Source: Octopus vulgaris
Taxonomy: Eukaryota
Assembly (NCBI GenBank): GCA_951406725.2
Contig: OX597816.1
Span: forward strand, 18,786,001-18,850,000
DNA length: 64,000 nucleotides
Direction of reading: 5' to 3'
Shown here one piece after another: positions 1-12,174 of the stretch. The notes beneath the pieces were generated by a model. That model saw nothing but the letters and a program-made list of their open reading frames with translations, was not told where the DNA came from and made no database searches. Both the position numbers and the translations under genes were made by a program. Position 1 is the first letter of the stretch. Each line of letters starts with the position of its first letter.

Positions 1-1069
1 AGTGGCATATTAGCGCATTATCGAACATTAAACAAATGCCATTGAAAATATTAATACAATATGGCTGATTAGTAGAATGGTTGTAATATTACTTTAAAAG
101 CTAAAGTTTAAAACCTCGTCATGTGAAAATGTATTTGATATAAGAATGTTACATAACAGTTATCTCAAATGAATAGATAAAGCCATTTCCAATAAAACGA
201 TCGCGATTGTAATAATTTATTGATACCAAAATAGTTGGTAAAATTCGTATAGCATATGGATTTAAATTATGAGGATTTAAAATTATGGTCAGATTTCTTT
301 ATTTTAAGGGAATACCATTATATTTATTTTCAGTAATTTTTTTCATCATTTCCATTATTTTCATTATTGAATGTGAAGTCGAATTACGAAAACATAAAAC
401 GCATGAAACCTGCTCAAAACGTGGAATACATCATACTTTTGTTGAGAACAAATTACGCTTAGAAACAGGCGAATGCTCGAATTTACACGATGTTTCATTA
501 ATAATTTCCATCTCGTGTTTCTAAATTTGTATCCATTAAGCTGTTGCGTTCCGTATTGTCCATCCACAAAAAGAATCGTTGCATAGATGTGTCTGAGTGA
601 CTGTATAACAATTTAATATAGAAGAGGTCGCCATATTTGGTGGGGCATATTATATTTCCTCGCCAGGGTGGTAAATGTTTTTTGTCTTGCACTTATATCT
701 CGCAATATTTCAGGTTCTGTTATGAAATGAAGAGAAAGTGAGATGCGGGGAAGATGCACATGAAAGATATCTATGTATTTTTATCACCCTCCTGTCAGAA
801 AAAATGTCTAAATTTATTGCAGCATAACTTGAACATATGGCGCATAAAGGGAACGGATATCACAGGACATTGATTAGAAATTAATTTTCAATATGTATAT
901 ACAATGAATAGCCTATGTAACTCCCTTGTGAGATCATTCTTTAATACGTTATATATTTATATCATATTCTATAGTATCTACATATCTGCTGTGCAAATGA
1001 GCGAATGGCCCTCAAACAGGAATATTCATAACAAGAAATATGAAACTACAGAAACATTTTAAATTTTTT

Positions 1070-1360
1070 CTGTTGTGTCTGTGGAGAGTAATTTTCTTTT
1101 TGTACCTTATAATTTAACACACCCACCGGTAAAATTTCCACTTATTTCTTATTTTTATTTTCCTAAAATTTCCGTTGCGTTTTGCAAACTTTTCAATAGT
1201 CAAAACTAAGCAATAAGTGGAAATTTTACCGTTGAGTGTGTTAAATTATAAGGCACAAAAAGAAAGTGACTCTCCCCAGACACAACAGTATATACTTCAA
1301 CACACGAACTCATATAAAGAATCTTGCAAACCAAATCCAAAAACGAAATTTTAAATATAT
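1070..1360. repeat. Dispersed repeat with internal inverted arms (~1070-1147 and ~1211-1288); second copy at ~48725-49005
   Basis: ttgtgtctgtggagag...ccggtaaaatttccacttatt is mirrored by aataagtggaaattttaccgttgagtg...ctctccccagacacaa. The ORF-track peptides 1206..1397 and 48805..48987 are homologous. Confidence 0.75.
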
Positions 1361-1599
1361 ATTTTTTTGCATGGTAAAATGACAATGGATATTGCATACT
1401 GTGTTGTACAAACGAAATTCGATGAGCACCACTGATGGTACTTTCATTATATTTTTGAAAAGGAGAGCAAGTTTTACTGTATTAGCTACTTATTTGTGAA
1501 ACCGGTGCAGCGAGCGTCAATGTTAAATTAAGCGGAGTTTAAACAGAATACATAAAGCATCTTTGTCCGGTATATTTGCAACAAGTTTATTCAAAGCAA

Positions 1600-1830
1600 G
1601 GCGGCGAGCTGGCAGAAGCGTTAGCACGCCGGGCGAAATGAGTAGCCGTATTTCGCCTGCCGTTATGTCCTGAGTTCAAATTCCGCCGAGGTCGACTTTC
1701 CGTTTCTTCCTTTCGGGGTCGATAAATTAAGTACCAGTTACGCACTGGGGTCGATATAATCGACTTGATCCGTTTGTCTGTCCTTGTTCGCCCGCTCAGT
1801 GTTTAGCCCCTTGTGGGTAATAAAGAAATA
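1600..1830 (+). mobile_element. SINE family 1; partial second copy follows at ~1835-1975
   Basis: Head ggcggcgagctggcagaagcgttagc, B-box-like gagttcaaattcc, central gtcgac...cctttcggggtcgataaattaagtaccag, tail gtgggtaataaagaaata. Recurs at 22.2, 28.9, 29.1 and 58.1 kb. Confidence 0.8.
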
Positions 1831-2120
1831 TTTATTTCGTCTACCATTACGTTCTGACGTCAAATTCCACCGAGGTCGAATTTGCCTTTCATCTTTTCGA
1901 GGTCGATAGCTTAAGTACCAGTCAATTTAATCGACTGGCCCATTCCTCCAAAATTCCAGGCCTTGTACCTATAGTTGGAAGAATTATTTTTGTTTTCGTT
2001 CATTCATTTTTTTCTGACAATAACGCATTCCCGCGTGCAATGCATAGATTTTTCTGTTCACTTACCTAGACATCTTTTCTTTCTAGATGTCTGTATTAAA
2101 CCGTCTGTTAATCTCAACAT

Positions 2121-2504
2121 GGGAGGGGTAATGGCCCAGTGGTTAGGGCAGCGGGCTCGCGGTCGTAGGATCGCGGTTTCGATTCCCAGACCGGGAGTTG
2201 TGTGTATTTATTGAGCGAAAACACCTAAAGCTCCACAAGGCTCCGGCAGGGATGGTGGTGATCCCTGCTGTACTTTATCACCACAACTTTCTCTCACTCT
2301 TATTTCCTGTTTCTGTTGTACCTGTATTTTAAAGGGCCCGCCTTGTCACTCTCTGTGTCACGCTGAATATCCCCGAGGACTACGTTAAGGGTACACCTGT
2401 CTGTGGAGTGCTCAGCCACTTACACGTTAATTTCACGAGTAGGTTGTCCCGTTGATCGGATCAACCAGAACCCTCGTCGTCGTAACCGACGGAGTGCTTC
2501 CATC
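2121..2504 (+). mobile_element. SINE family 2 (tRNA-like head), long-tail variant
   Basis: A-box tggcccagtggttagg and B-box-like ggtttcgattccc. A near-identical copy lies in reverse at 37762-38149. Confidence 0.85.
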
Positions 2505-2559
2505 CAATCTCAACATGATATCAGCGTTTTGGTTCATTCTTTTATTTGTGGGAGCAAAA

Positions 2560-3230
2560 ATTTTGCAGAAAGTTCGGATATCTCCGTTTCAGAAAAGGGT
2601 AAAACATAACAGCAACACTTTAAAGTGAGTAACATTATTTAGAACCAGACCACCGATATTATAAGAAAACGGAGAAATTTGAAAGAAGAATGGTATAATC
2701 TAGATGATCAATGGACGAAGTCTTTGCCACTTCAAATAACAAAGTAAAACATAATATAACCGATTGCAGCAACAGAATTTGCAAGATTTAGGAAAAGCGA
2801 TAAAAACATGCAGAACTGACACAAAGTAAACAGCAAGCAAAAAACAAATAAAAAGGGCAAAAACATTCTCAAAAAGAGACCCTAAAAGCATCATTCCAGT
2901 GCAACAGTTTTTAACTGCCACCATTAATAGCAATACTGCTATGGCTGTGAGCACCCAAAGATACAGACAAAAGGGACAATTCTATACGAAAGTAGCAACG
3001 TATAAGTTTGTAAAGAAAATGGAGCATCTTTGTAAAAGCAAGCGAAAGGTTTCATTATTAGCAGCTGATGGCAGAAGAGAATATGACAGGTAATAATTTC
3101 CAAAGATGTTTCACTGAAAATCTGATGCGTGGAATTGGGATGACAATTGAAGGTTGCTTGCGTTATCGAGTGTTTGCATTGGTTTTATCACCAGGACGCA
3201 AATACTCCACGCCGTAGCTTCTTTATCAAC
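2560..3230 (+). pseudogene. Possible highly decayed RTE-clade LINE remnant
   Basis: Broken motifs only, such as tat ggc tgt gag (YGCE) near 2940 and a GMTIEGCLR-like stretch near 3135, with many stops and frameshifts. Confidence 0.3.
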
Positions 3231-3444
3231 GAATTCCTCGCAATGAAACGATCTTTGCACCTCGTAGAAGCGGAGGATTTGTTCACTTCTCTCACTTAGG
3301 CATACACACCCACACATACACAGAATACTTGACATTAGACATGAGTTGTGTTCTGCACACTGAAGAAACCAGATCAAACCTTGCCGGAACTGACTGTTAG
3401 ACAAATGGTTGGTTCAATTTTGGAGGTGAGCGTCAGCAACATTT

Positions 3445-3683
3445 ACGACAGACGCAGATGCACTCTGCCTCGACAACAGATTGAATTCCCAGAATATAGA
3501 ATGACACCCTTTAGTGAACATATTGAGAAATGCGCAAAGCAACTACTACCACAATTTATAATCTTTCCATTCTATCAATATGCTATTGGGACACCAACAC
3601 AAGTTAGATTAAACAAGGAAGTTAGATTAAACAAGGAAACATTCTTTATTGAAAAATATATGCCAAAACTTAACCATTTCTAA
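3445..3683 (+). mobile_element. Penelope-like element fragment, C-terminal half of GIY-YIG endonuclease
   Basis: RQQIEFPEYRMTPFSEHIEKCA...FIIFPFY...RLNKETFFIEKYMPKLN matches the recalled PLE GIY-YIG ending (H..C, FPFY, E..FI..Y.P.LN). Contains an 18-bp tandem duplication aagttagattaaacaagg. Confidence 0.7.
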
Positions 3684-4425
3684 CATTTTTAAACAAGGAA
3701 ACTCATCTCATTGTAAAAAATATAAAACAAAACCTAACCACATTCTATTCCTTCTAAACTAAATTACGTTTATTTAGTCATACCCAACATGTTTGATTAT
3801 CTCCCTTATACAGGAAGAAATCCCTGATTACCTTCTCCTGCCTGGAACTCCTTATTTCACAGCATGGCGAAGACATGACACGATGTAGGTAAATAAATTT
3901 GAGAAATTTGAAAAGAAAATACGAAACCGGTTATTTCTCCAAAAACTGTTACTATAAAGAAAAATTTATAAAATTTTTCTAACATAACGACTTAAATATA
4001 TTCTTTAACCTCATAACACAAGCCTTCTGTAGATTTTTCACTCTTTTTTATTTTATATATAAATGTGTATATGTGTGTGTGTGTGTCTTTGTTGACATTC
4101 TCAAACTGTTTTTCCATATATTGGTTTCAAACTTTAGCGCAATTCTAGTGGGTCAATGGAGGAAGTATTCCGATTAAATCGGTCTCAGTGTTCATCTGGT
4201 ACTTATTTTATTGACCTGGGAAGAATGAAAGGTAAAGTGGATTCTGCGAGACTCGTTTACACGCTTAGCGGCATTTCGTCCGTCAAGACGCTGTGATTTC
4301 AAATTCCGGAGAGATCGACTTTGTCATCCTTTCGCGGTCGACAAATTAAGTACCAGTTGCACAGTGTAGTGGGGTCTATCTAACTCATTGGCCCCTCAAC
4401 AAAACTTGCGGAACTTATCCTTAGA

Positions 4426-4602
<177 letters not shown>

Positions 4603-5127
4603 AATTGTAGTTGAAGTTGTATCAACCTCAGTACTAGTAATAGTAGATTTAGTTGTAGTACTAATAAATATATTTATGGAGTAAAACAAAGATTATTTAT
4701 AGCGAATAGCTTATGTTGTGATCACGAATTCCACCGAGTCTGCCTTTGAACATCATACATACGTGCCAATGATGTACTGAGGGAATGCGATCCAATATTA
4801 TTTATCTCCCAACTAACTCGGTTACAATTCCCGAATGAAAGCAATTTTACCTATTTATAGTATTATTATTTTCTATAACAATATTGTTTTCATCATAACT
4901 TTTATAGTATTCACAGTATGCTACACATATGATCACGTGGAGTATACGGTATACGGTTATGCAACGCAAAGCTATTTAATGTTCAAAAATGAAATTTATA
5001 TTTTATTCTGTTAGCCAATATCAAATACAAAGTGTATATATATAATACAACATTAAGATACGTAAGAATCCGTTTTGTTCTCAAAAACACATTTCGACAG
5101 TTGAGTGTTTTACTGCCAGCACACACT

Positions 5128-5130
5128 ATA

Positions 5131-5199
<69 letters not shown>

Positions 5200-5383
5200 G
5201 TCTATCTATCTATCTATCCATCCATCCATCCATCCATCCATCTATCTATCGATCTATCTATCTATCTATCTGTCTATCTATCTATCTATCTATCTATCCA
5301 TCTATCTATCCATCTACCTATCTCTCTCTCTAGCTATCTATCTATTTATCTACCAATCTATCTCTATATCCATCCATCTATCA

Positions 5384-5420
<37 letters not shown>

Positions 5421-5435
5421 CCAACCTACCTATCG
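5128..5435. repeat. (TATC)n/(CATC)n microsatellite
   Basis: Read directly from the sequence. Confidence 0.97.
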
Positions 5436-5862
5436 ATCCATATACATTCATATAAGTGTGTGAGTGTATAATATATATATATATATCTGTGTATGTGTGC
5501 ATATATGATTGTGTTTCGATAGAAAGGATGTCAGAGTCGAATGGACAGTCAGATAGCTAGGTAAATATATATCTATATACAGAGATAAACGCTGAAGCGA
5601 ATTTATATCTGTTGTTAAGAGAGGAATGAAAATACAATGATGCTTACAGAGCAAAATTCTAGGTGGGATTAAGAGAAACTTGATGTTTAGTGATTCATTT
5701 ATGCCGGGTGTTTTAAAAGTAGTATCATGAGCAAATCTATACATACAATAAGTCAGTGGCTTAGAATAAAACAGCTCTAGATATGTACGCATATATGTGC
5801 GTGTATGCACATATATACATATATATATATGTATATACATATGTATACACACATCTATAAGC

Positions 5863-5904
<42 letters not shown>

Positions 5905-5911
5905 GTATATG

Positions 5912-5942
<31 letters not shown>

Positions 5943-5943
5943 G

Positions 5944-6020
<77 letters not shown>

Positions 6021-6147
6021 GTGGGGGTGGGGGGTGATGGACGACGGGCTTCTTTTTGTTTCCGTCAATCAAACCCACTATAAGGCTTTAGTTGGCCCGA
6101 AGCTATAGTAGAAGACACTTGCCCCAGGTGCCACACAGCCTCGGTTG

Positions 6148-6205
<58 letters not shown>

Positions 6206-6526
6206 TATATAGATATATACACATATATATATATACATAGCTATCTGTCTATGTATATATTTATACATATATTGTTTTTTTTATCTGGTTTGAAGATTCT
6301 TTCTGCGAATTCGTAACCGACTAAGTGGAAAGCCACTCATAAGGCTGCAAGTAGCAACGAAAGACGTCTGAGAAATAAAAACGAAATGACTTGCTGTTCA
6401 GCCTAATTAAACAAACAATCCATCGATTAGTTGGGTATTTAGCCAATTGTCAATTGTCTAATTATAAATGAGTGGAACTGAACAATGCTCTTGTTAATGA
6501 TATTTGCACGATTCACTCTAGACACC

Positions 6527-6584
<58 letters not shown>

Positions 6585-6744
6585 AGTGTTTAGTATGAAT
6601 CATTGTGTTCTGTCATAATATAAATAATTGTACATGAATCTGATACATTACGCTGCACGTTTGGAGATTACAAATGTATTATTCTGGTGGAAGAATATTG
6701 TCTATAACAACCCCCCCCCCCACCGCAAAAACCAAGAAACATAA

Positions 6745-7762
6745 TGAAAGAAAGAACGGTGACATATAAAACCTACTCAATTAAGGCAGGAAAAGTAGAA
6801 CATATGACTATAGAGCAAGTGGAGAAGGCACTGAGGTCAATCTGGCCAGAGGGTCGATATACGGAGAGGTAGAGGTTAGGTTTAAAGATGAAAAGCCAGC
6901 GAAAAAACACTCGATGAAACCTCTAAGGAACAAGGAGAGGTAAATATAACCACGTACCTGGGACAGAAAACGTCTCGGGTAAGGCTGGAAGGAATTGCAC
7001 CAGAGATAGATGTGGCCTGGATAGCGGCCGCTGTCTTGGCTGGTACCGAGGACAAGATAGTGGTGCTCCAGGCCAAAAAATCGAAAAGTGTGAACTGGAG
7101 TCGCCAAACATTGAATATGTTTAAGAAAGGTTCAAAAGAAAGGATTGAAGACATGGTTAAAACGGTGACCGTGAACGAAATAATGAATGTAATGGTGGAG
7201 GGCAGAACCCTTCGCTGTTATAAATGTAGCCTGAAGGGCCACATGAGAGCGAAATGCCCTCCACCGGTTAAACAAACTGAGTAAATGTAAGCGGAAGATC
7301 CCCCGGAGAAACCAGAGGGTGGACAAGAGGAACAAAAAATGGTACCAGTGGAAGCAGAAAAAGAAATGGCAGAGGAAAAGATTGAATGGGAAAATACAGT
7401 TTATGTTGATGTAGGGGAGTAAGAAAGTATTGAATGAGAACGCACGGTTTTGTTAATAACGGAACAGAAAATGATTGAAATAAAGGGACACAAAGGAGAT
7501 TATATGAGCTGTGAAAAGTAGTTTATAACATGGGAAACTTACCACGGTCTATAAAATATAAGGAACTGAAAAAACAAAAAACAGCATGGGATTGCCATAA
7601 TGGAGAACCGAGGTAAAGAAAGTGAGTGATGTTACTTGATGGGGCAAGTAACACCATTTTCGTTTCTCGCGTTCCTTTTTTTATTATATCATACGTTTCA
7701 TTTTTTTCTCCTTTGTTTCATGTCCCCAAATGTGGTGTATTGTCCCTCTTTGTTGGTCCGTT
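6745..7762 (+). mobile_element. Decayed gag-like ORF1-only retroelement (L1/Tx1-like ORF1) with CCHC knuckle
   Basis: ORF 7012..7284 contains CYKCSLKGHMRAKC (CX2CX4HX4C). A T-rich 3' region ends in tgggtaataaagaaata. No RT is visible. Confidence 0.55.
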
Positions 7763-8377
7763 ATGGGTAATAAAGAAATAAATTTTTGTGACAGTTTACT
7801 GTGAGAAAAAGTTGTTCAATTGGATTCTGGAAGCTATGATTGCATGTTTAGTTTATGCACAATGTGCTTTGTGTTAGGCATTTATAGATATATTTTATGC
7901 TCCAGGAAATCGCAAGGACTTTTGTCAGATTTAAAATATTTCCCGTATCATATAATGGTTTTTCCCATACCGAAACTACTGTGTAAAATTTATTAACTGT
8001 TGAATTAATAATTATTTACCCAATATGTAATGATTATTTCACTACCTGATGGCAAACTACGGTTTTCTTTCTGCGGTACTATCTTGTAATGGCAAAAAAG
8101 ACAGGTAGAATAAGTACTAGGCTAACAAAGAATAAGTCCTGGGGTCTATTTGCTCGACTAAAGGCGGTGCTCCAGCATGTCCACAGTCAAATAACTGAAA
8201 CAAGGAAAAGAGTAAAATTGTATATCAAATTTGACTTCTAATACAAATATTCTTTAATCAATCTGCTCAATCTGTTCGCAAATGATCGCCCACACAGTAG
8301 CATATCTTTGAACAAATGTTAAAATAGATACGATCATATTGCAGACAAGATTTTAGAATTTTTTTCATTATTTTTTT

Positions 8378-8764
8378 TTACTTGTTTCTGTCATTTGACT
8401 GCGGCCATGCTGGAGCACCGCCTTTAGTCGAGCAAATCGACCCCGAGACTTATTCTTTGTAAGCCCAGTACGTATTCTATCGGTCTCTTTTGCCGAACCG
8501 CTAAGTGACGGGGACGTAAACACACCAGCATCTGTCGTCAAGCAATGCTAGGGGAACAAATACAGACATACAAACACATACATAAATATATACATATATA
8601 CGACGGGCTTCTTTCAGTTTCCGTCTACCAAATCCACTCACAAGGCATTGGTCGGCCCGGGGCTATAGCAGAAGACACTTGCCCAAGATGCCACGCAGTG
8701 GGACTGAACCCGGAACCATGTTGTTGGTTAGCAAGCTACTTACAACACAGCCACTCCTGCGCCT
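8378..8764 (-). mobile_element. SINE family 3 (internal CA/TA microsatellite)
   Basis: Minus-strand head ggcgcaggagtggctgtg...ggttcagtccc and 3' end ggcggtgctccagcatggccgcagtcaaatgac. A 3' fragment also lies at ~8095-8212 (+). Confidence 0.85.
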
Positions 8765-8887
8765 AAGATATAGCGATTGCGTAAAAATTTCCAACAGACC
8801 TTACGCACGTTTTCTGAGTTAAAGATCATCAAATTTCAAATAATACAACATACATTAATCCACATCATTTCAAAATATATGTGATGT

Positions 8888-9066
8888 GGATGCACAATGG
8901 CCCAGTGGTTAGGGCAGCGGACTCGCGGTCGGAGGATCGCAGTTTAGATTCCCGGACAAGGCGTTGTGCATGTTTACTGAGCGAAAACACCTAAAGCTCC
9001 ACAAAGCTCGGGCAGGGAAAGGGTGACCCCTGTTGTACTCATTCGCCCCAAATTTCTCTCACTCTC
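8888..9066 (+). mobile_element. SINE family 2, 5' part
   Basis: caatggcccagtggttagggcagcggactcgcggtc...gagcgaaaacacctaaagctcc. Confidence 0.8.
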
Positions 9067-9410
9067 CCACCTAAATCCTTATTTACTGAATTATATTCAG
9101 TGGATGTTTTTTACTGTTAGTGCTTCGTCGATTACACAATTAACAGAAATATACAAAGGAGATAATCTTTTAAAAACATAACGCATGCAGAGATATAAAT
9201 AGTTTATATTTTGAAAGTGTCTGTGTTGCTCTACAGAAATTGATGTATTTATTCATATACATATGCTTATGTTTGTTCCTTCTCGAGCTACGCTTGGCTC
9301 ATTAAGGCCGGTTTCCCGGTTTCCTTGGTGTATAGATTCCCCACCTGGACGAGACGCCGATCCGTCGCAGGTGAAATGCAAGAGGAAAGAGCGAGAGAAT
9401 GTTTTAGCGA

Positions 9411-9477
<67 letters not shown>

Positions 9478-9859
9478 TATTATATATATATATACAAAAT
9501 TTTTATAATTATGAGCATAATTATAATTAGGGTTCAGCAAAATTTGATTCACCACATACTGAAATTTAGAAATAACAGTTAAAATACTATTCTACTACCA
9601 TAAGATATCTGCGAATCTGGGAGATATCTCATGGTATAGTATTATAATTATGCTCATAATTATAAAATTATTTGTATAAGTTTACCGATAATGGTTCTTT
9701 TAACATACTGAACTACTCGGTAAAATTATTAGTTATTAATTGATTATATATATATATAAAAATATATATATATATAAACAATTGCAGCGTGGAAGGTGTT
9801 TGTAAGCCATTTAAGAAACACACAAAAGCCGTTCGATTCACTTCAATATTTAAGTTTAA

Positions 9860-9910
9860 TTTGTCAAAATATTTTCATCGCTATAAGTCCGCGACCTGTT
9901 CACTGACAAA
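9860..9910 (-). ncRNA. Hammerhead ribozyme-like motif, G3-C8 core variant
   Basis: Minus strand reads tttgtca-GTGAACA-g-gtcgc/ggacttata/gcgat-GAAA-atat-TT-tgacaaa: 7-bp stem I, 5-bp stem II, palindromic ATAT. The host repeat has 23-bp terminal inverted arms (~9780-9950). A decayed copy lies at ~45270-45320. Confidence 0.55.
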
Positions 9911-10112
9911 AATCCGTGCTGCATCTGCAAACACCTTCCACGCTGCAATTATTTTCGTTCCACCACACGATTTCAGATCAAATCACTTGCTATGCATGTA
10001 CATCTCCGTAATATATATATGTATATATATATATAACATGTGATCTCTTAAGCACCACCAGCTCAAATATTGTCTCCTCTGTCTTCCCTCCTTGGGATTT
10101 TTCCTTCTCCTT

Positions 10113-10147
10113 GTTTCCGACGAAGAGCTCCGCTCGAAACGTTAAAC
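10113..10147 (+). ncRNA. Minimal hammerhead-like motif (U4C core variant)
   Basis: gttt-CCGACGA-a-gagc/tcc/gctc-GAAA-cg-TT-aaac; stem III is reduced to the palindrome ACGT. Confidence 0.5.
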
Positions 10148-10266
10148 CCTCCTTCCCTTCTTTCCTGAGCGTCAATAATACTTTAATTGTTCCACGTCCT
10201 GCGTTGGTGTGTTTTTTCTCTTTTTTTCTGTGTTTTCTTGTTTGGATTAACTATATATATATATAT

Positions 10267-10588
10267 AAAGGATATGAAGAAAATGCTGACAAAATAATTT
10301 AAGTAATTTAAGTAATTTAATTACGTGAAAGTTCTTTTTACCGGTTGCGCATTTGTTATGCTTATCAAAAGATAATTTTTTTTAAGAGAGATAGAGTTCT
10401 TTTCTGATATATTTTTTTCCTCTTATCAGATAAGAGGAAAAAATCTGTCAGAAAAGAACACTATCTCTCTTTAAAAAAATCATCTTTTGATAAGCATAAC
10501 AAATGCGCAACCGGTAAAAAGAACTTTCACCTAATTAAATGACTTAAATTACTTAAATTATTTTGGCAGCATTTTCTTCATTTCCTTT
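10267..10588. repeat. ~320-bp near-perfect palindrome, flanked by (TA)n
   Basis: Centre cctcttatc-a-gataagagg near 10428. The arms mirror each other out to aaggatatgaagaaaatgctg / cagcattttcttcatttcctt. Confidence 0.92.
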
Positions 10589-10625
10589 TTTATATGTCAC
10601 AACTCGTGTTCCACATCTCCTTTTT

Positions 10626-10659
<34 letters not shown>

Positions 10660-10772
10660 AGTTTATATGTATTTATATATATATATATATATATATGTGT
10701 ACATATATATATGTGTGTGTATATATATATATGTATACATATATATATGTGTGTGTCTGTATGTATATATAT

Positions 10773-10831
<59 letters not shown>

Positions 10832-10836
<5 letters not shown>

Positions 10837-11832
10837 AAAAAATGAAGTTCGAAAATTCTGCTGTATTATACAATTTTTTATTTTTATATATACATTATAA
10901 CATGTTTCAGTTCCTGAAATGAACCTTATCAAAAAAAGTTATATATAAAAAAAGACAGCTCATGCCGTCAAACACAAGAAATTCATTTATAATACACAAC
11001 GGAGTCAGACATCTTAGAGTTCATGTATAGTTGATATATAGTTTGAAGTATATGTTCAAAGTGTTCGATGCAGTGGCCCACGGTGGCGATACGTATTCAA
11101 TACAAAAAAACAGATGAAAGTGGTGGAAAGCGGTCAATACAGAAGATTGATGTTTCCGAAAGAGCGAGGAATTCATTTTTATCTTAAGCAATTGTGATGA
11201 CCCATGGTGGATGTTCGCTGGGTGGATCTAGTGAGTTTTGTGAAGTGCTCGGTTTTATAATGCCTGTTAGGTGGTCAATCCAGCGTAGCGTGACGTCATC
11301 AACGTTTTGACCAATCGTTTCGTTAGGTGGCTTTATTACGTTGATGACGTCACGCTACGCTAGATTGACCACCTAACAGGCATTGTAAAACCGAGCACTT
11401 CACAAAACTCACTAGATCCACCCAGCGAACATCCACCATGGGTCATCACAATTGCTTAAGGTAAAAATGAATTCCTCGCTCTTTCGGAAACATCAATCTT
11501 CTGTATTGACCACTTTCCACCACTTTGATCTGTTTTTTGTATTGAATACGTATCGCCACCGTGGGCCACTGCATCGAACACTTTGAACATATACTTCAAA
11601 CTATATATCAATTATACATGAACTATATATCAACTATACATGAACTCTAAGATGTCTGACTCCGTTGTGTATTATAAATGAATTTCTTGTGTTTGACGGC
11701 ATGAGCTGTCTTTTTATATATATAACTTTTTTTGATAAGGTTCATTTCAGGAACTGAAACATGTTATAATGTATATATAAAAATTAAAAATTGTATAATA
11801 CAGCAGCATTTTCGAACTTAATTTTTTACAAT
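10832..11832. repeat. ~1-kb fold-back inverted repeat (arms ~475 bp, loop ~30 nt)
   Basis: ttgtaaaaaatgaagttcgaaaattctgctg... mirrors ...cagcagcattttcgaacttaattttttacaa. Apex gtgacgtcatcaacgt / acgttgatgacgtcac at ~11290-11352. The right arm has a short tandem duplication at ~11600-11645. Confidence 0.95.
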
Positions 11833-11862
11833 TATATACCTACTCGTATACGAGCTAATCCT

Positions 11863-11901
<39 letters not shown>

Positions 11902-12083
11902 CAATTAAGGGTTTAGCAACGAATTGCCTCACCACACACCGAATTTAGAAATAGCAGTCAAAGAGTTATAGCTATTATTTCTACTACAAGGGAGATCTCC
12001 GTAAAAACACAGCACTTGAAAGGCAAACACAGACAGGTAAGAGAGAATGAAATGATGGCAATCTATAATACAATTTTAAGTCA

Positions 12084-12174
12084 CCTACGGACGTACGTTT
12101 CGAAATCAAGTTTTAGGAAAGCATAAGAATTAGTTAATTCTACCTTACCCAACTTCTTTTCTCATCAGCGTAGG
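12084..12174 (-). ncRNA. Type-I hammerhead ribozyme motif with canonical core and extended stem II
   Basis: Minus strand reads cctacg-CTGATGA-[gaaa...60-nt hairpin...tttc]-GAAA-cgtacg-TC-cgtagg: 6-bp stem I, perfect palindrome CGTACG, GUC cleavage triplet. Confidence 0.8.

Noticed and set aside
285-692. Short non-repetitive ORFs at the window start
   Set aside because: No recognisable motif or splice support; the lengths are compatible with chance.
2121-2200. tRNA genes
   Set aside because: The A/B-box regions are heads of multi-copy SINEs and lack a complete cloverleaf and terminator.
3355-3440. CTGAAGA upstream of the Penelope fragment
   Set aside because: No correctly placed GAAA, stem III or UH follows it.
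6330-6375. ctcataa...GAAA-gacgtc-tg hammerhead-like string
   Set aside because: The core is too degenerate, position 17 is G and there is no stem I.
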